Source of the DNA: Callorhinchus milii
Taxonomy: Eukaryota
DNA length: 64,000 bases
Reading direction: 5' to 3'
Assembly: GCF_018977255.1 (NCBI RefSeq)
Contig: NW_024704742.1
Span: forward strand, 6,264,001 to 6,328,000
The notes under the pieces are model-generated. The model ran no database searches and was not told the origin of the DNA. It saw only the letters and a list, made by a program, of their open reading frames with translations. Positions 57,901 through 64,000 of this stretch are shown here, piece after piece. A program made the translations under genes and the position numbers. Every line of letters starts with the position of its first letter. Positions within the stretch are counted from its first letter, which is position 1.

Positions 57901-60900
57901 TATGAGCCACGGTTGAGATCACAGCATGCTTCTTAAAGGCGCTATATAAATGTAATTTTGTTGGTGTTTTTCTTGTTGTTGTTGAAACTGTAATGGTAAG
58001 AGGATTCGGTGGTCATTGTTAAAAGGTACAACCTCACTTGTGAAATATTTACATCTGGTTAATTTTTAAAAGGGGTCCTCGTGTGGTGACTCCCTCATGA
58101 AAGAACAATTTATTTTATATCAAATAGATAGGGAGGGAATGCTAGAGGATGAATGAACCCACAACATATGAACAATGTGGACTGATATGAACACATCTTA
58201 TAATGTATAAGCCTGCCCTCTTCTCCATGGTATGGTTCTCTTCTATTACTCGTCTATGTATTCATTATTGCCATATAAGTTGGTCAGATATGGCTTAAGG
58301 GAGGCATCCTTTTTAGTAGAAAACTCCAACACATTAATATTAATGAGAATTTTCGTTAATAGCAACAAATGGTACAATAACTTTTCAGGATGTTTGCCTC
58401 TGAAGCAATGTTAAGGGGTCCGCCCCCTTTGATTATTTTGTTAATTCCCATTTTTCTTAAGCTTCACAGAATAATGAACTCTTGAGCCAGGCAATGATTT
58501 ACAGCAAAGTCCCCTCAAACAGAAATCTGCTTCTGGCATTTCCTGCAGGTTTTATTTTTTAAAAAATTCAGACTGAGTGGATAGAATTAAATAAATGTGT
58601 AAGTGCAGTACAGTGAGGCACGGAAGGGAAATCTACTATGTGGGTGAAAGTGAAGCTGGGCCCATACGGTACTTAAAGCCTGGGATAGTTCCATGAAAAA
58701 ATAAACTCAGAAGCAAATGGGAATTTCAGCTTTCCACTTCTATGAAGCTTGTTGGTGTGGTTAAAAACTGTACATGTGAATTATTCAAACTACAGGTCGA
58801 GCTGGACGAAGTTGAGGAGGATTGAGGAAGTACTGAGCAGAGTGGGGAAGTGCAATGAGGAATAGAGCCGTGAAAAAGATTTGCGGAGAAAAGAGGTGGG
58901 AATATTGCACGCTTTGGGAGAGGGGAATTATAAATAAGGAACTTATGAAGGATTAAGATCGGGCTGAGTAAATAATAGCTGAGGGTTGGAAGGTTTGGAT
59001 CAAAACGAGATGAAATAAATAAGTCCTTGCTTTTGATACAGCGCTTTTCACGTCTTCTAGACGTCTCAAAGTGCTTCACAGTTTATACTGTAAAGTGAAT
59101 TGACTGTATATTTGTGGGAGAAATAGAAGAGGGAAAGAAGCTGGGGTGGATAAAGTCACTTTTGGCAACGGATGTGGGAAAGGTAATTTTCTGGGACAAT
59201 CAGGCTAGACTGAGGATAATGATAGGAAGTTGGGAGACATTTACTGTACTGGAATCAGTGGAGTGGCATAGAAATACAACCAACCGTGACTGAAAGTAAC
59301 TAAGAAAAACACTAACAAATGGCAGTAGTTGAAAGGAGAAAGGAATAACTCCTGATGTCCTGGCGAAGACAATCCCCCCGAAAAAAAAATGGTTATTTAC
59401 TTCATAACTAGTTGTGGGAGATTACTCTGTGCAAATTGGCTGCCGCATTCACTTACAAATGCACAATTACCACACTTTATAGGAAAAGTCTCTTTTAATA
59501 ATAATAATAATCCTTGCATTTGATATAGCGCCTTATCACGTCTTTAAGACGTTTCAAAGCGCTTCACAGACTATACCGTCAAGTGAATTGACTGTGTATT
59601 TTGTGGGCGAAATCCGGCAGCCAATTGCGCACAGCAGCGTCCCACAACCAGTCGTGGGATTGAGTGTTGAGTAGTGACTGAAAGCACAGCCACCGAGGGT
59701 AAAGCAGAGGGTACGAGAGATACAGCTCCACAGAGTGTATGTTCCAAACAGAATCCATACATTATATGGAACACTCAGTGGTTTTGGTTTGGAGTCTCCT
59801 CGGGTACGGTGGTGAGTTTCTGTGATTGTTAGACACCGAAGATACACGGTTGACCAAACAAAACAGTATTGTGACTTCTATTTTCCTTCTACTCATGCAC
59901 AGATTCACAGCACCTCTCTCAAGGAGTTATTTTATCCCGGGGGAGAGGGGAAGCCAACACAGCCATGTGCTTATTCGACAACTTCTTGTGTGTGGAATCC
60001 CAAATGGAACTGATATCACCTCTCCCGAACCCGGGAGCTCTATGTTCAATCGTGTCGACTCAATTGCTTCCCAGCTGACATCAAATAACTCAACACAGAT
60101 TGGGATTCGAACCTGCGACTTTCTCGTCTCCATGACTTTGTGTTGTACCAGCAGTGCCTTTATTTGCCCATCAGGTTTCCATTCAAGTTTTTTTTAAAAT
60201 TATGATGGTTGAAAGTTGGGGTTCGTATCTCCCTTGGAATGTACACTCTGCTGCGTTTCGCCCACAGAATATACAGTCAATTCACTTTACAGTATATTCC
60301 GTGAAGCACTTTGAGACGTCTCGAAGACGTGATAAGGCGCTATATCAAATGCAAGGATTATTATTTTATATAGTTAATCCCATCTGGAGAATTTAGGTGC
60401 GGTTTGGCCAGACACCAGATTGTGCACTGGGGGTACGGCTGGGGTTTTACAAGCTAAAATACTACAGTTTATCATTTCGAACACTAGCAAGCATCCTGTT
60501 GCTTGCTCACATAGCATCATCCTATTAATGTTAACAATTTGGTTTTGCTGGCTTAACATGAGTTGAGTGGAAAAAGTCCTAACCCCCCCCCCAGTGACTG
60601 GTCAGCTGTTAAACCAAGCTGGTTGGTCCATTATCAATAGTGCCTTGGAGTACTGTGGCCCTGAATACAGGTTTGGGACTGTCCTTTGGTAAAATGTGAA
60701 CTTAGGCCAAGCAGCGAGAAGCCTCAAACCACTACACAATGTAATCGTGTTTTTATAACACATCCTGTTTATCAACTTTCCAATGTAACTACCATCTGGC
60801 ATATGCACAGGGGAGGAAGATCAGAGTTTATACAGGAGGAAAGTTTATTTTCTCTAACACGTTTGCTATGTAAAAGTGCACAGCTAAGTGAAAGAAAATG

Positions 60901-63900
60901 CCACCAGGTAAGATTTTTTTGGGGGGGTTGGGGAATGGTATGTTCAATGTCTATAAATGTCAGGAAGTTACTTAAAAAATGTTGCTACGAGTTTAGGTAT
61001 CTTTATAGCATGAGTGACAGATGAGGTTGACCCTATGTAAGGATTCCTCTTAGGACAGAGGGCAATTAGCTATTGACTGAATTCGATTCCATCTAACTAG
61101 AACCTACTGACCTCATAGAATTACAGACATTCACAGCACAGGAAGGAACTATTTCTGCTCATTGACCATTTGCTGTTGCTTGCTCCTCTGGTGGAGTTAT
61201 CCTAATCCAAATACCCTGTTCTTTCTTCGTCAGCCACTGACACCAACGGCTTCTGGGTTCACAAATTAATTGCATTCAGGCCAGTCAACTCTGGCTTTCT
61301 AATGCATAAAGACAAACAGTTTAAAGTGTTTTACAAAATGCTTTCTTTATCAGAAGCCCTTGAGTCTGGAATGACTGTGATCAGCTGCATTACTTTCGCT
61401 GATATTGGGAGTACAGCATTCTTTTAAGTGAAAATATAAAATACTTTAAAATAAAGAGTCACTATACTTTACAGTAAACATCGTCAAAGTGTTTTGAGAC
61501 GCTGTCAGAAGAAAAAGACGCAATATCAAATACAAGAATTATATTATTTATTACTATTAATAGTAGTAAAGGTTGTTAAAGAAATACTTGCAAATGGGAG
61601 GTCAAAAAGAACTGACATTCCAATGCAGTGTTGGGGGAAGCTCAGCATTGCCAGAGGTGACATCCTTCAGATGAGATGTTAAATCAAGGTCCCGTCTGCC
61701 TTGTCTAGTTTGACTTTAAAGATCCCATACTGGAAAGCAAAAAGAAAGGAGTTTCTCCCACTGTCCTGGTCAACAATTCCCCAGGTAAAATTGATCATTC
61801 ACTTCATGAATATTTGCGGGACATTGATGTGAGCAAATTATCAGCAGCATTTGCCCTCAAATACCCAGTCACTATATTTCAAAGAAAAATCCTGGGAAGG
61901 GGTTTGAGAAGCCTCGATGACAATGATAAGGCAAGAATAATTAATCGTGGTAATAAATCGAGTTAGGGTAATGTGGAGGCTTAGACGGTAAATTTAAAGA
62001 AAAGTTATACGAGGCAGAGGTGCAAAGTTGTCATTGTCATTTGTCACAAAAATCATTATTTTAAAACAAACTATCGATCAAACATTGGGAGACACATTCC
62101 CCAGTTCTTGCCCAAATTAGTTCTGAGTGAAACCCAATCCCAATGTAACTTTGTTCAATGAACTGAATCCTGGGATTTCAAAATGGCATCGCTGGTTAGG
62201 ATTACTGAGTTGCAAATATAACGGTGGGAAGGGAGAGCTTATATTTTTTGATTGCTAAAATATTTTTTCGTACAAACATTTTTTATGGGATTTGCTTGTA
62301 AAGATCACTTCCATTTGCACTCAGTGTATGTTAGACCCTCATGTATGTTTCGCTAACGTTCAATAACAAGACAGAGCTTTCCATCACTGGAATTATTGCG
62401 GATGGTGATGGACATTAAGGTGAGGGATTATCAGTCCTGGAAGATGAGCCACTTTCAACACTTTCTATATAGAGCACTCTCAGTTCACATGTTGTGCAGT
62501 CACAAGCTGAGTAAAACTCTCTCTACTCTCTCCATTCATACAGCATAATCCTTGATTTGATAAAGCCCCTTATCACGTGTTCGAGACATCTCAAAGCGCT
62601 TCACAGAATACACTGTAAAGCGAATTGACTGTATATTTTGTGGACAAAACACGGCAGCCAATTGCGCACAGCAGCGTCCCCACAAAAGTCGTGGATTTAT
62701 CTTTTGGTTTTGAAGGAATTATTTAACTTAATTTAACTTAATCTTCAAAAGAGTTGCTTCCCTGCCCCAGAGTAACATTGCAATTTTTTAAGGCTTTTTT
62801 TTTCTTTCAATAAGAATGGGGATTTAATACCGACTTGGGGAAGCGTGGAGTTGAAGACAGGGGTTACCAAGAAGTTAAGATCCTGATGTTTACAAAGTAC
62901 TGAGGTAAGAGCATCATATGTAAAATAAAAAAGGCACGTTTTGAGACTGTGATCTACTTCAAAACTGTAGTGATGTTGGAACTACTGTCGTGTGCAATCA
63001 CTGTGCATTGTGTAGGTGAATGGGGCAGGCAATTTGCAAGGTCCCATAAACAGCCATGAAATGAATGACTAATTTTATCTGGGGGATTGTTGGCTAGAAT
63101 ATACTAAAGAAAAATTCCCTTTTCTTTTGTTTCATGGAATATTTAACATCCATCTGAATAAGCAGGTAGATCCTCAGTTGAACGTCTCATCCAAAGAAAG
63201 ACACAGTATAGTAAACCACAAGCAATAAGCAGACAGAAGAAGACAGAAGACTGTCAGCCTAGACTATGATGTTTGTGTGACCGTCTGAGCACTTTTGTCT
63301 GTGTTAAGCAGTCTGAGCAAGGGTCCTTGAATGAGCTCGTGTATATCCTCTCTACTGGCCCACCACAGTTGAGGCAATTGTATAACTTTCATTACACTGC
63401 CAGACATCATGAAACAAGAGTTTTTGGAAGAAATATTCCAAAGAGGTGATAGAATGCTAGGAATCAGACTCTTTCACGCGACTGCTGGAAATTGGATTCC
63501 ACTCGACTGCTAACCGCATGCTAAGGTTTTGTTTTAATAAGTGCATTTTTATGCTTCGCTCTGTGATCAGTGCTAGTCTGGAGCAGGTTACTGCTTTGTT
63601 ACTGCCATGAGCTCAGCATTTAGGAATGTCCACAAAATTGAAGAAAGTCAATTAACACCTTTTAATGCTTAGGCCTGAAGAACTGGAGAGTCTCTGGTCT
63701 CTGGGGGAAAAGCAGCTCTGTTCATTTTCAGTTGACGTACCGTGAAGCTGACTTCTCCCCTCTGCCCAATTATAGCCAAATGACGACCTTGGCATCAGGA
63801 AAACTTTGCTACTGTTATACTAACTCCAACTCGCTAAACTCCATTTACAGAATTACCTGTAATCTTTTTCATCAATTCTTCACTGGATAACAAAGTTATC

Positions 63901-64000
63901 ATGGTTAACCCCACCTGCCATGTTTGCACTTAACAATGATCCTTACATTTTGATACAGTGCATGCAATGTCAAAATCTGCTTCACAGGGACTGTATTTCT

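Noticed and set aside
63401..63444. Micro-exon-like segment ag|ACATCATGAAACAAGAG...AAAGAG|gtgata
   Set aside because: Weak donor, unrecognised peptide, no partner exons; expected by chance.
27600..64000. Expected syntenic neighbours (CYP2U1 upstream of HADH; LEF1 at the other end of the window, as in mammals)
   Set aside because: I could not recognise any P450 or HMG-box exon in either flank. Small exons could have been missed by eye.

Overview
Vertebrate genomic DNA, most likely a cartilaginous fish (possibly a holocephalan; inferred only from the SINE/L2/CR1 repeat content). It contains one complete protein-coding gene, HADH (mitochondrial short/medium-chain L-3-hydroxyacyl-CoA dehydrogenase), on the minus strand. 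The gene has 8 GT-AG coding exons spanning 6551-26016 (927 nt, 308 aa), with the NAD-binding GxGxxG motif and the catalytic His/Glu intact. Exon 1 lies in a CpG-rich domain (~24.4-27.6 kb) packed with minisatellites and G-tracts. The rest of the window is intronic/intergenic and dominated by retroposons: about 30 copies or fragments of a young tRNA-derived SINE with (TTA)n tails, an older Deu-domain SINE, L2-clade LINE 3' ends with (TTG)n tails, CR1 3' ends, one Tc1/mariner-type MITE, and an unclassified ancient repeat. Nearly all ORFs in the supplied track are repeat-derived or spurious. I found no convincing novel protein system. The most interesting signals are: (i) a strongly AT-to-GC shifted SINE in the HADH promoter region, a candidate gBGC/recombination-hotspot footprint; (ii) a nested double inverted-repeat clamp around the in-frame exons 2-4, a circRNA/editing candidate; (iii) co-varying SINE/LINE 3' stem-loops and tail-guided nested insertions; (iv) a pre-miRNA-like hairpin inside an intronic MITE. 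Repeat coordinates are approximate (read by eye).
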